Part shown: piece after piece, positions 1-13,300 of the stretch
Position numbering within the stretch: the stretch's first letter is position 1
Layout of the letters: every line of letters starts with the position of its first letter
NCBI GenBank assembly: GCA_905178155.1
Contig: CAJINV010000002.1
Location: forward strand, 4,527,538 to 4,591,537
Source: Amoebophrya sp. A120
Taxonomy: Eukaryota > Protista > Dinoflagellata
Length of the DNA: 64,000 nt
Reading direction: 5' to 3'
Made by a program: the position numbers and the translations under genes
The notes under the pieces: model-generated
Databases searched by the model: none
Told to the model about the DNA's origin: nothing
Seen by the model: the letters and a program-made list of their open reading frames with translations, nothing else

Positions 1-2
1 GT

Positions 3-470
3 AGCGGGGAGGAGTTAGACCCAGAACCGGTGTTGCTCGGACAAGTGAACCACGGCAGAACGGACCCGGACCCGGGCGGCACATCTACTGCGGGGAATGT
101 CGGGTCGCATGATCGCTCGAGACAAACGGTTCAGTTTGCGAGTACGGTCGAAGTGCAGCAGAACAATGGCGACTGCTATCCCACGAAAATAACAGTGTTA
201 CAGTTAAATATTTGTTGTCAATTCAGCAACACAAATTTCTCTGCATGAGAGAGAAAACTTGCAATGCAGAAATCCTAAGGGAAAACACCCATGAAACGAA
301 GCTCCTATGCATATCCGGCATGACAGAGCTGGTCTGTCTTGCTTGGCCTGCAACACAATGCGTAACTGTATACAATTTTTTCTTGCGATAGCTGCGGAAT
401 GAACCCTAGTGGATCTTCATCGAGCTCGCGGGGGCCGGGGGGAAGCGGTGGGGGAGGGGCGACGGAGTAA
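3..470 (+). CDS. Gene 1, 3' end of an unknown protein: join(<3..176,396..470), ...QQNNGDC|GMNPSGSSSSSRGPGGSGGGGATE*
   Basis: Open frame up to the element at 177-390. Removing the element plus 5 nt joins GAC TGC to GGA ATG and runs to TAA at 468-470. Confidence 0.7.
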
Positions 471-2569
471 AATAAACAAGCAAACGGCACAACTACTAGA
501 TGGAGACGAGGAGCCGGAAAAGATCTCATCGTGTAGAGATGATGGATCAAAAAAGAAAAACCCAAAAAAATCTTTTTGTAATTACCCTATACAAGAAACG
601 TAGTCACACAACTACTACACATCAAGTCACTTTATTTATTTGATTTCGGACAACTGTTTATTGCGTATCATCAAATTATACAAATGCAAACTTGAATCAT
701 CTTTGAGTATTACAATTTAATTTCACCAGAGCTGCAGCGGAAGTTGTTGCAAATAATGGGTGCTAGTACTACAACGCGCAAGTTGCAGTGCAGCTTGAGG
801 TCCACTCACAAAAGAGATTCAAAATCTCAACGGAAGAACCAAGTCCGTGCTATTAAGTAACTCCTCATGTCAGATTCAAAATCTGCAGGAGCTGGTCTTT
901 CGAACTGGCGGCCATGGTCGGTCGCGCTTGCAACTGTGTTGTGCGCCATTAGTCACCAGCAAGAAGGAGCTGAGTGGTCCATTAAGCAGGAGGAGAAATA
1001 AATGTGTATAACAGTTTTATTTTTAGTGCGCGTCGTGGCCAAGTATACTCAAACTCAATAGCTTTTACACTAGTTTTCAGCAAGAAGTTGTCTTATGTTC
1101 ATGTAGTTGATTGCATTTGCTTTTGCTCCAACAAAATCAAAAAAAGAAAGAGAAGCAACTGCAAGCCGAGCAAATGCAATTGCAAGTGGAGATGATAAAT
1201 AACATTTGCGATGCGATCTTTGTTGGTGGTGCAACAACAAATACAGACGGCATGATGTACAGAAGTTTTTTTCATTTTGCTGCTATGCTGAGGCGGTAAA
1301 GATAGCATGAAAATGATAAAGCGATCTTTTACGCAGCGGACCGAATTATTTATATCGACGCACCTACTATACCCGTTATCGTTAAGCTTAAGAAGGCAGA
1401 AGATTTCATCTCTGTTTACTTCCACGTTGAATTATTCAGCAAATTTAAGGCTCCATCCGCATCCCTACCAAATTTGTACTCTGTTGCTTCTAGGTAGTCC
1501 CCTTGTAGCAAGCAAGCTTCGCGCCCCCGCCTATGAGTATAAACCAGAAATAATCCACCACTCTGACTAGATTCTTGGATGCTCAGGGCAATCAGTCAAT
1601 TGTGTCCATCAAAAAGGTAAGAAGACTCGAACTCATTTGCCGCATATAGATCCATATATTATGACTCGCAAGAAAAAGAATTATACGTCACAAACTTATT
1701 GTGCCGCCGTGCTGCTGGTCTTCATGCTCTTCAATGTCTGCTGAGAAAATCCTTGACAGAAGCACTGGACTCAGCACAAAGAAAGGAGGACTATAGACAA
1801 AGTCAGCACAAAAATGTCACACTTTAGAAGTTCTAATCAAAAGCATTTACATCTAGTAGGGCTACTTTAATTATTCACTTCGACGCTTAAGAACGTGCAG
1901 AAGATGCACTGCTATAGTTTGAGGATTACACATCAATCGCAGATTTTTCGCATTGAGAGAACATGTAACACCTATCCTTCATTCAGCCGAAATGGCAGCA
2001 ACAAAATTGATGATTTTAGAAATTTTGATTGACAAAGAACAACAGGATAAATTTTTACTTCTCTGAGCTCGGAACAAAGAAGATTAGATTCTATATCGGT
2101 GTAAAAACATCATAAAGTAGCAACCAAGAAGGGGGGCACGATGTCGACGGTTATTCTCTCCTGGAGGTGCAGTAGAAGAGGATATGCTTTTTAAAACAGT
2201 TTTTTCCTAAAACTCAGGAGAAGAAGCATGAAGCAGATGTTGAAGTAGGTTGCTGTCTAGTAGAAATGAATCGAAAAAGGAAATGTGCTTCTTGTGCCAT
2301 CAGACAGGATGGATGGACAAACTTTCATGTAGCCCTGGAGGCGCCAGTGGCCTGATGAATCAGTTTTGATCATCGCAAGCATCTTTCGACTGTGTTCTTG
2401 TTCCGGCTAGCCGACATTTTTTGTCGTGTTGTTGACCCATGATGAAAGTGTGTGGCGCTCAAAAACGCGCAAGGCATCCGGGGGGGTGGATCAGACCCAG
2501 GAGCGGAACCATCGGGGCGATGATGATGGTGATGAGCATGAGAGCCCTGGCCCTGCTGCCTTTGCCTTT

Positions 2570-3694
2570 CCCTGTGTTCCTAGAGGTTTGGCCGCGCGTG
2601 GCCACCCGACCGCCAGCCGGGGCGCGCAGGTAGCGCGGGGCGCCCGGGTTGTATGTCCGCGGCAGGCTGGCGGGCCCGTTTGGTTCGAAATCATCCGCGA
2701 GGAAACTTCTCGCGGAGCATTTCGGGGCCCGCGCAGCCGGCCGGGGGCCACCTGGCGGGCGGCTCGCGCCAGTCTGGAAGCCAGAGCGGCCGCACATTTT
2801 TGGGCGCGCAGCAAGGCGGCCGGGGGCACGCAGCGACCCCACCTGGCCAGACTGTTCACAGGGGCGGAACGGTAGGCCAGTAAGCATCTCAAGGTAAGTA
2901 TGGGCACGCATGGAAAACGGGCGACGCCACAACGGAGGTGCGGCGAAATTACACGGCAATGACCCTGGCAGCCGTCAAAGGAGCCGGCAAGGTTGGCGTT
3001 GTGTTTGGTCCCCCCGGAAAGTCCCAGCGGTGGAGCAGTGGCGCCTCGCGCAGATCGCCGGCCGCCAGAGGTCGCGCCCGCGCGGGCGGGTCGGCGCATG
3101 GATGTCGTGGTAAGGCGCCGGCGCTGTCGGTCTGCGCCTGCCTTTCCCGGGGGGGCGCGCGTCCGTGCGTCGGTCGGCTCGCGGCCTGCGGAGGGTAATT
3201 ATTCGAATTCGTACCTTCGTACCCGCAGAACCTGGCGACCCGCTGGGGCCTCGTCCCAATGAAGCCCGAGACGACGACGAAGGCGCACGCAGCAAAGCGC
3301 GAGCGGCGAAGCTGTCGCCCTGAGCAGCGCCGCCCTATCGGCTGGAGCGAGGGAGCCGGGCGGCCTGTGGCCCCCCCCCGCCCCCCGCGCGGCGCCCGCA
3401 AGTTGCCCGCCGCAGCTGGGCCCCGGGCCTTTCTCTTTTTGGGCCGGCCCCGCCCGCCCGCCCGCGCGGGCGCATAAATAGCGCGCCGGCCTGCTTGTCT
3501 TTGCTTGCATGGCGGCCCTCCCGCCTGCTATGTGTTTGCGAGAGAGCGCCCCGGCGGCCTTCTTTCGACTTCTTTGTCTCCGTGTCCCCCGAGCCTGCCG
3601 GGCCGCGGACGGAGCTGCGAGCGAGGGGGCGCAGGGCTGGGCGCGCGGTGTTTCTGTCTTGCGCGCGCGCCGCTAACTAAGCTTGAACACAGGG
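2570..3694. mobile_element. GC-rich island upstream of gene 2, possibly an old MITE
   Basis: Sharp GC shift. Only a 10-bp inverted match (CCCTGTGTTC / GAACACAGGG) and no TSD. Confidence 0.3.
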
Positions 3695-4316
3695 CGAACG
3701 GAGGGGGCCGAATGCATGCTCTCTGCGAGCGTTTGGTCTATGTTCGCCTGTTGTTGTGAGACTACGAACGAAGACGGTCGGCGGGGTAGTAAGATGGACG
3801 AGCCGACGCACGAAGACGGTTTTCCGCGTGCATGCCTCGAACGAGGCGGGCGCCGCTGGCTGGCTCGTGTCAGTATCTATTAGTGTCTTCGCTTTTGCAT
3901 CTTGTTCAACGTTTCTGCCATCGGTGTAGGCAGCAGGCTCTACAATTTTGCATGTTCCTTTTTCGACGAATTTTGGGTGGCCCGGTCGGGAAGCAGAAAC
4001 TGTTTTCATTTTCGTATATATAAATGCCCCGTCTCGACGAGGATGGGTGGTCAGATTTTGCTTTGAAAAGGGGGCAAGGAGGCTTTCACTGCGTTCGTAA
4101 GAGTAAGACGACGTAAGTGCATAAAATAAAGCATCGCGTTGCGCTTATAGGTTCGCGTTCGCAAACGAACTGCCGCGCTGAAGTATATTTATTTTGTTAT
4201 TTCGAGAAAGCAACTTTGCTAATCGACATCTGAATCCTCACCAAGCAACCATGTCAATGTCAAACTCGAGAAATTGCATATCGTCAGCGTTTCGCACGCA
4301 CCAACCCAGAAAAATA

Positions 4317-7300
4317 ATGCGCTCTCCTTCATCCTTTCTGCTTTTCCTCGCCGCATTGCTAGTTTTCACACCCGCGGCTCCAGCTTCCGGCATTCGCTTA
4401 CAGCGCACATCTGACAGCAGCGCGGATCATGCGCCAGCAGCGGATGTTCAGATTCAAGAGTACACAGCTGGTGACGTTACCAATCCACCAGCCGGTCACG
4501 ACGAAATTGCAGCGCAAGGTGCGGATGAAGCATTTCAACCTCGGAGTGTTGTTGTCGAGGACACGACAGCTACATTGACCGAACCTTCTGTAACAGCCGC
4601 TGCAGAGAACTCACCTTCTGTTGAAGGAGAACTACGGGCAGCTGCATCGACAACTGCAGCTGAAGACGACGGCAATGTCGACAGTGGTGCAACTGAAATC
4701 GCCAAAGCATCTACTTCCAGTGAAGGTGTTGGTGTTGTCAACGCAGATACAACGAGCGGGGGCACCACCTCCACCATTCACACTGGCTGGGGCCAGCAAC
4801 AGTTCATGCAGAACCAACAAGCGGAAGCGGCAATGCTGCAGCAACAAGGATCATTCTTTCCTTTCCCCTCGACTCCCGATATGGAGATGATGCAAATGGC
4901 GATGCAGATGCAAGCTCAGGCAGGAGGACAGCAGGTGATGGACAGCACGATGGCAGGAGCGCAACCTGCAAGTGGATCACAAATACCTTACTTCACCCCC
5001 TACAACCCGAGTATCGCAGGGTCCTTCCCGATGAACACGGTGCAGCAACTGCAGCAGGAGCAAGCCCAATCGCAGCAGCAGAGCATGGATCCTTTCGCAG
5101 CGCAGCAACTCCTCGGGATGAGCGGGATGGGTGGCAATGTCCATCCTCTACCGTATATCAACCCGCAAGGAATGATGCAGATGGTGGGCATGCCTGTTCC
5201 CGTGCCGATGCCGATCCAGCAGCAACCGATGACCTTCAATAACGGGACCAATCTTCCCGCCGCAGCGGCTAGTTCTATGGCAGCTGCTGCGTCGAGCACA
5301 ACTATGGGAGCGGGAGTTCTTGCCGCGGCCACTACATCAATGCAAGGACAACAAGTAGCGGCAACAGTTCCTGGAGGTCCCGCTAGTACTTCTATTGCCC
5401 CACCCGCACCAGGGACTGTTGCACAGGTTTTTCAGCCAGACCCCCGGTATCTGAACCAGATCGGCGGTGCGCCGGTGGAGCAGCAGCAGAACGTCAATCA
5501 GAACGGTTTAGGTGCGCCGCCGCAGGGCCAAGTGCAGCAGCAAATGCCGGCTGGGGTGGCGCCTTTTCTCTGGATGCCGCACCCAAGCATTCCGAACCAA
5601 TTCATTCCCGTGCCCGCGCAACCGCTAATACCGCAACAAGCGATGATACAACATCCCGGCCAAGGCCAACAACAAGCGACTCCTGCTGGCGCTATCCCGA
5701 TGTTGCCGATGATGTTCCCGCCCCAAGTGCCCTTTCCTTTCAACCTCATGCCACAGCAAATGCCGGTTGTTTCAGGCATGCAAGGGCTGGGGCCGGCGCA
5801 CCAAGGAACTTCTTCTACACAGCAGTCATCTGGATCTTCGTCGAATGTTCATCCAGGCTATTTTTACGAGCAAGAGCACCGGCTTGGCTTAGAGCGCAAG
5901 AAAAATCGGAGCGGAAAGAAGGCAGCGCAGGAAAGAGAGCTGCAGGCCGCGGCGGCGAAAAGGCATCAGCAGGAGCTTTTTGGGCAGAAGTATTGGTCGA
6001 ATAGCAACGGGCAGTTTTTTCCTCTGCCGCATCAAATGTCAGCTGTGGCTACTGGTGGTGGTGGTGGCGCAACAACTACGACTGGTCCTTCTTTCTCCGT
6101 GGCCGCCACGGCAGAAACTACAAGCGGCAACTCATCTCCGTCGAAGACAGCAAGGTACAATGGCGGGCAGCGGAGACAGGGCATCGTTCCCGGATCCTCC
6201 TCTTCGACTCAGAACAGTCCGAGCAAAACAGGAGGCTCTGGTCCGGTTATCAGCCTGTCGGAGCAAATTGGAGCGGAAGACGGAGACGAAGACTCGACCA
6301 ACGCTGAAGCAGCTGCTGCAGTTGGGGATCGTCCTGCCACCACCTCTCCTCTCGAGCAGGCTTTGGTGGCTTCAAAAGCCAAAGTGGATTTTGAAGCGTG
6401 GCGGGCGGATAAGAGGCGGCTAGAACGCGTGGAAAAACTCTGGGCGAGTATGACGGAGAAGGAGAGAAAAGAACGCGAAAACGACTGGAAACACGAGCGG
6501 CCGCCGAAAGTAGAGGCAAACAAGCCGATGGAAGTAGACAACGAGGAAGTTTTTCCCAGTTTAGCCGCATCTGTCGGTGGATCGGCTGATGCGACTGGGG
6601 GAAGAGCTTCAACTTCTACAGCTGCTGCTGCTTCTTCCACCTCATCCGTTCCCTCGTCTGCAGCTGGCGGTCCAACCCCAACGCCAGGAGGTGCTACGAG
6701 TGGAGGTCAAGCCGCGTCTTCCAGCTCTACTGCGGCAACCACAAATAGTGCAGAAGTGGGTGCCGCGGAACAAAGTAGTGGGTCTTCTGCAACATCTGAG
6801 CCTTCCACATCAAAGTTGAGCTATGCGGCGGCTGTGGCGAAAAGTAAAAATGCGGGAGAAGCAGGAGCGCAGCCATCCGGCAAGTGGAAGCCGTCTCTCC
6901 GCCCCGCAGCTGCGGGGACGACGGTTCCACCAGTTGGGCCCCCGATAGTAGTACAACCTTGTGCAGCAACATCCGGCTCGCCAGAATCGCCACCACCGGC
7001 AGTGGTCGCAGCTCCCAAGGAAATTCTGAGCACAGGACCTGGAAGTAGTTGCTCTGCAGCAGCAGTGGCGTCCTCTGCAGTGGCTCCCGCACAGCTGCAA
7101 GAGACGCAGCGAAAAAAGCTCCTTCAGCCCGGTCGCGTTCTTCAAAAAGACACTTCATCCGGTTTTCAGAGAGGACAAACAGCTCCCGGAGGATCTAATG
7201 ATGTTGTAAGCAAGAAACACCAGCAGCCGATCGGCGCCGCTCCGAGTAGAGTCGCAAATTCGACCTCCCTGTCCACCGCAATCTCGTCCCCGGGAGCCGT

Positions 7301-10300
7301 CTACGTTCCCATGACCAAGAAACAGAAGCAGGACCACGAAAAGCAGGTCATTCGGGAGCTGATCCTGGAAATAGAAACGGACACCGCGTGGGATGCTGTG
7401 GTCGAACATGAAAACAACGACCCGGGGAAATTTCTGGAGACGATCAAGACGGCAAGTGGTTCGATTGCGGTGCAAAGGAAGTTGCAGCAATATTCGGAAA
7501 TGATTTGCACGGAGGCGGTTTTGCAAATCGTGGTCGACGTGGAGATGGAAAATGGTGGAGCGACAACCAGTACCAGTGTGGCAGTCTTTCCAGGAGTAGC
7601 GGAGAACGAGAATGAAATCTTGGCTACAGATGCTGCTGCTGATCATGACATGAAAGCTGAAGAAGAAGGGGCAGGTAAAAATCCTGTCGAGACACGGTCT
7701 GAATCATCTGAAGCAAAGTGTATCGAAGAAGCGGAGGACGATGCAAAAACGACGAGCACAGCGACGACCACGACAATGCCCTGTTATGAAAATCGTGATG
7801 TCGACATGACGGCAGCGCCTGTGGATCTGCTATCAACAACTGGAATTGCAACTACAACAGTTGCAGCGGCCTTTGAAGTAGATGAGGATCCGATACCAGA
7901 ACTCGCAAATCTCGCGATCTCAAATCGTCAGACGCAAGAAGAAGGAGCATCCTCACCGCCACAAGCTGCAGGAGCTGCCTCCAGTAGCTCACCTTACGAA
8001 CCCGACCGTCCGAGCCCGATTCCGGGTTTCGGCGCCGCATTTTTCCATCCGACCAACCGCCGAAACAGTCACCGAAACACGTATTTTGGAGGTCCAGCGC
8101 TATGCATTGCAATAGCATCGTACTAGTATAAATGCGTTACAAATTTCCTCAGCACGAGAGATGAAATTTGTAATGCGAATTTGCCTCAAGAAAAAGATTT
8201 GCAACGCATGATTGCGAGAACTACTACGAGTACTGCGATGCTTTTGCAGTGCATAAGCGCCGGGCTACGACAATCAGGAAGAAAGTTCCTCCTCCAGCGG
8301 TTGCTCTCCCGGTTGCAGTCGGGACACACTGCGTTCGTCACAGGACTCGTTGCGGAAAGGAAGCAGGGTGTCGCAATTGGCGATGGTGGATGATGATGAG
8401 CCGGACGTGGAAGACGGTAACGACGACGTAGGACAGCAGCAAGAAGATCAACAAAAAACCGCCGACAGCACCGCGGCGCAAGTAGTTCATCATCATCTCC
8501 ATGAGGACCTACTAGTACCCGTAGTTGATGTTCCGGAGTTTGGTGATACGGGAGTTGTGGTCCGTGAAAAATCTGACCCCTTTGTCTCGCCGGAGAACAC
8601 ATCTGCCAAAAGCGCGACCGGTGAGGTGGTGGTGGACACCAGTCCTGCCTTGAACAAATCACAGTCAGACATTAACCGGTTTTTCTTTTTCTCCCCCTGC
8701 AATTCGAACGCAGAAGGAGGTGAGAGAGCTGCAGCGTCTTCTTCTTCAACAGGAGCAGGTGGGCATCAAAATGTGATTGAGGCGCCAGCTACTTCTCCAA
8801 CATCAATTCGTAACGAAAAATCGGACTGCAGTCTATTAGGTGCAGCAGCAGCACCTCCACCATCGTCTATCGAGAAGGAAGAACCTGCAACACGACAGGA
8901 TCAGCAGGAGCTCGACGCGCGGCGGTCCTTTCACGCCGACGCTGCCGCCATTGCTGAGATGTTCGGGGAGCCGATGTATGAAGATAGCGTGATGGAGGGG
9001 GATACGCCGACGCCGGTGTTTGTTGATGCAAGAGATGTAGAACAACTACAACCAATGCAAGAAGACGAGGCCTCTGAAGACGCCGCGCCGGTAGAACAAG
9101 ATGATGGAATGGAAATGGAGGAAACTACAGATGCTGACACAGCAGGTGACCAGCAAGCTGCACCACTCTGCTTGCCACTCCACCCGGAGAGAGAGCAAGA
9201 GGCAAACTACATACCAGCAGCAACCGTTTCAGTATCTCCTCTTGGTTCATGCGGTGACGCCTTTTTTGCAATTGCAGCAACAGAAACTGCTGCTGCCGCA
9301 CAGCAGTTGTCACCGATACAGCACCCTCAAGACGTCGCTTTACCCCCGCAAGAAGAAGAACCCGCTGTCCTTCAGCAAAAAACCGTATCGGGTCGTTGGG
9401 CGGATTTGTGTGACTCCAGTCCGGACGCAGCAGTTAGAGCAACAAGCAGCTCGACGGCCGGCTCTTCACCACTGCATGACGTGCAGCAAAAAGTCTACGA
9501 TGTGGAATCTTTGGTAAAAGGACCGCCCTTGCTGCCGGAACAACAGTTTCTGAAATCGCTCCTCCAGCTGTTCAAAACGTACCCTGAGTTAATTTGGTAC
9601 AGCCTGGGAGATATGAAATGCAAAAGCATGATCGTACTACTTAGTACAAATCGCATGACAAATTTCCTCAGCATGAGAAATGAAATTTGTAATGCGGATT
9701 TAACTTTAGAAAGAAATTTGTAATGCATGAATGCCATTCGTACGAGTGCGATACTTTTGCACAGGATAGGAGACTGGGAAGCGAATCGGGTGCTTGACAT
9801 GCTGATTGAGAAGTTCGACTTCGTTTGGCTCTTCATCGTAAACCAGTATCCACAGAAGAAAAACCCATCCGCATCCAATTGGTCATGCAAAAAACGCATA
9901 AAGTCTTGTGTTTGTCGTGCAAAAAATGGATGTTGATGGGTTTTTTTTCTGTGGATAGCAAGCTGATACAATACCACGACAACTTTGTTCACAGCAAACC
10001 GATAGGAGGAGGTGGTGAAAACAATGAATTTCTACCCGGGAGGAAGTTTTCCAGCACTTTGCAAAAATACTTCAACCGTGGCTCCTCTTCCGTGAAAGGT
10101 CGCCCCTGGGAAAAGGTCGCGGTGAGGACTTTTCTCCGGATCTTTTGGCGGTACGGCAATTGGGTGGTGAAGACGAATGAAGCCGTGTCCGAGCCCTTTT
10201 CCCGGGCGCAGTTGCAGACAAAGCATGGGTTGGTTTTGGAGAAATTGCAACTGTTGGTCCACTTGTACTTACCGCATCTAGGCTTGAAAAGGTTCTACGC

Positions 10301-13300
10301 GGACGAGGACAACTCGGGAATGTTTTACAAAGGGAACAAAGGGTCTGGTGGTCGGGGTGATCCGAGGAATAAATTCCTTTTGTCCTCTAGAGCGATTAAC
10401 CACCAGCAGAACTCGGCCATGTTTATGCTATCAAATGCAAAAATGTCTGGTTCTGGAAGAATGCATGTTTGTCATGCTTGTCTGGCATGACTCTTAAATC
10501 TGTCATGCACGTTACGCAAGAGCTGCGCTTTTCTGTGATGCAGAAGCGCAGTTTGTCATGCAGAATAGGCAACACGTAGGAGCTCAGAAACTTGTCATGC
10601 TGAGCCAGCATTTGTAGCCTCATGATGAGACGCTACCCAGCATCACAAGTTCCCAGACCCAGACATTTTTACATTTGATACATGTACGTCTTGCGCTATT
10701 TGTATGACACAAATAACTCAACCAAACTCAAAATACCATGGGGGATCGAAAGAAAAATTTTGACTAGGGCAAAACAGAACTACAAGGCGCTTGTGAAGCG
10801 AGCCACTTTGCAGTCTGTCGATTGATTGCGCGAGCTAGATAGGGCACTACTGCATGGCGAAAGAAGCCCGGAAGTGGACTCTCCCGGTCCAAGGATTCGT
10901 CTGCATTTTTATAGATCAAGAGAAGCTGAAGCCTGGCGGCGACAGGCGTTATGCAAAGCATCGCCAGGGGGGGTTGGCTATTTTCCTGCATGGGGATGCT
11001 TTTTTTCTCAAAGACCGATGGTGCGAGGCCTTTGAAAATCTCCAGCGGATGGGGATCGCTGACGGGGGATCTCCCGTAGCGGAAGCATTTCAAAAAACTG
11101 CGGGGCATCTTTCCCACCAGAGAATCTCAACAAACCGAATTCGTGGACCAAAAGAGCCCACTTCAGGAGGGCTCCTTTCACCACGCAAAAGCGCCTTATC
11201 TAGCGCCCTTGTTGAGTGGCTACATGGCTTTAGGCGCTCAACTATTTGCATTGCAAAAACAAGCACACCTCTCAGCTAATTTTTTTTGCTTTATGGGGCA
11301 TGGTAAAATGCCTTTGGTTGAGTTATGTGTGTCATAATTTGCTACAGAAATCCACCCCGATCAACGAGATCATCGAATTATGCAGTGCAAATATGTCTGG
11401 GTCTGGATGGATGGAAGATGTAATGTTGTTTGTGAAACCTACAACTATCTGTGTTGCATGAGCAGCAAGAGGAGTCCAGCTCTTGGAACGTGGAGCGGGC
11501 ATTTCTCATGCGTGATAAGCATCAAGAAGCCCTGTAAAAATCTGTGATGCTAGGATCTGCATTACAGACCTTACGGGTCATGCAAAATGTGCATGACAAA
11601 CCCCGACTCTTCCAGACCCAGACATATTTGCAGTTGATACGAATCCGCGAAAGTGTTTGAAAGGGCGTTTGCAAGGAAAGTAGCCGCAGGGTACGTTTCG
11701 CCCACAGGAGCTGCGGGCTCTTCTTCTTCCTCTCCTGCAACTGCATCATCCGCTGGAGCAGCAGCAGGTCCTCTCTCTGCATCGTCCCCAACAACACTCT
11801 CTGTCGTTGAGAAAAGCAACTCGCTGCAAAGGTTTATCAATGACCACTTCGAGATTCAGGTCCGCGATAGCGATGTGAGGATCCGCGCCATTGCCGTGCC
11901 AGAACCGAGTGAGAAAATGATCGCGCGAGTGAAAGACTTAGTAAATCCTAGTTCCTGGTGGAATTTCTACGGTCAGAATGACGAGAAGGTCTTTCTGCAG
12001 AGAATCGAGGAGCAGCGGGAAAAACAAGGGTTGCTGCAGCAACAGAGTCAGACGAAGCAGCTGCGAGAAATGATGAATAATTTGGTTCTTGCAGATGGTG
12101 ATGGTGCTGCAGGGAGGGCCACGACAATTTCGAGTAGTACCACCACAACGCATGAGCTGCAGCCGCATCAGCAACAGCCGGGAGCCACGGGACAGCCATC
12201 GCTGCAACCGGGACCGCAAGTAGATGAATCGCGTGTTGCGAAAGATGTAGTTATGACGGATCAACAAAGGTGCCAACCACAACCGTTGCTGGCTGCGGCT
12301 GTCCCTGGTGTCGGTGTGGTGTCACAAACAGTTGCTCCCTCTGGGCAACGACATCAACCGCCTCCAACCACTTCTGAAATCGCGTTCGCAGCGCAGATCG
12401 ACATTAAATCTCTGCTATCAACTGCAAAAGTATCGCACTCGTATAAATGCATTACAAATAATCTCCTCAGCGTGAGAAATGAAATTTGTAATGCTGATTT
12501 ACCTTAATGCAAAGATTTGCAATGCATGATTGCAATACGAGTGCGATACTTTTGCACGGGATATCTGCGCGCCGCGATGCGCGGACGGGGTGACTATGAC
12601 AAAGTGACGGAATTCACGCACGGTGGTATCCTGTGTAAAAGCCCCCCGCTCCAGAGTTGTAATGCAAATCTGCATGCTTAAAATGTTTCTCATGCGGGGA
12701 CCCATGAGAGGCGTTTTCTTTTGGTGAGTTGAGATTTGTCATGCTCGAATCAGCATAACAAACTGGATCTGTGACGCTGCTGCACTAGCTAAACACGACT
12801 ACACTGCGACCCCGAATTTGTTATGCGCGACAGCCAAAACTTTGGGATTTGTGTAGCAGATTTCCCATCTTCACTATGGGATGGGGACGTTTTTGGTCAG
12901 GAAAGGTGGGGCGAGAACTTTACCCCAACCGGATGTGGAGGTTTTGTCGAAGGTGTTTCGATATCCTGTGCAAAAGTATCGTACTCGTAGTAATCGCAGT
13001 TATGCATCACAAATCTACATGCTAAGGTAGATCAGCATGACAAATTCCATTTGTGATGCTGAGCTAATTTGTATTTCAATACTACGACTACGATACTTTT
13101 GCACAGGATATTCGACCGTTGGCTGGGGAAATTGTGAAGATGATGTTCTTTCAAGACAAGCAGGAGGACAAAAATTCTTTTGCTGCGTCAGGAAATGCAG
13201 GTGCAGGAACAACTTCATCGCCCTCTGGCACAACTACCGGGACTTCGTCGCGGACAAAAATCCTCCTGAGTAACCAAGTACGGCATGGCGGAAAATCGGG

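Noticed and set aside
305-565. Minus-strand ORF as a gene
   Set aside because: Splicing across 177-390 gives stops on the minus strand, whereas the plus strand joins cleanly.
2426-3883. Overlapping R/A/G/P-rich ORFs here and at 15.6-17.2, 26-27.2 and 49-53 kb as genes or transposases
   Set aside because: They are expected by chance in very GC-rich repeats, are open in several frames, and show no recognisable catalytic motifs.
10823-10825. In-frame TGA as evidence of stop-codon reassignment
   Set aside because: The downstream coding frame differs and a short intron explains it. Long exons have no in-frame stops, and genes end in normal TAA/TGA.
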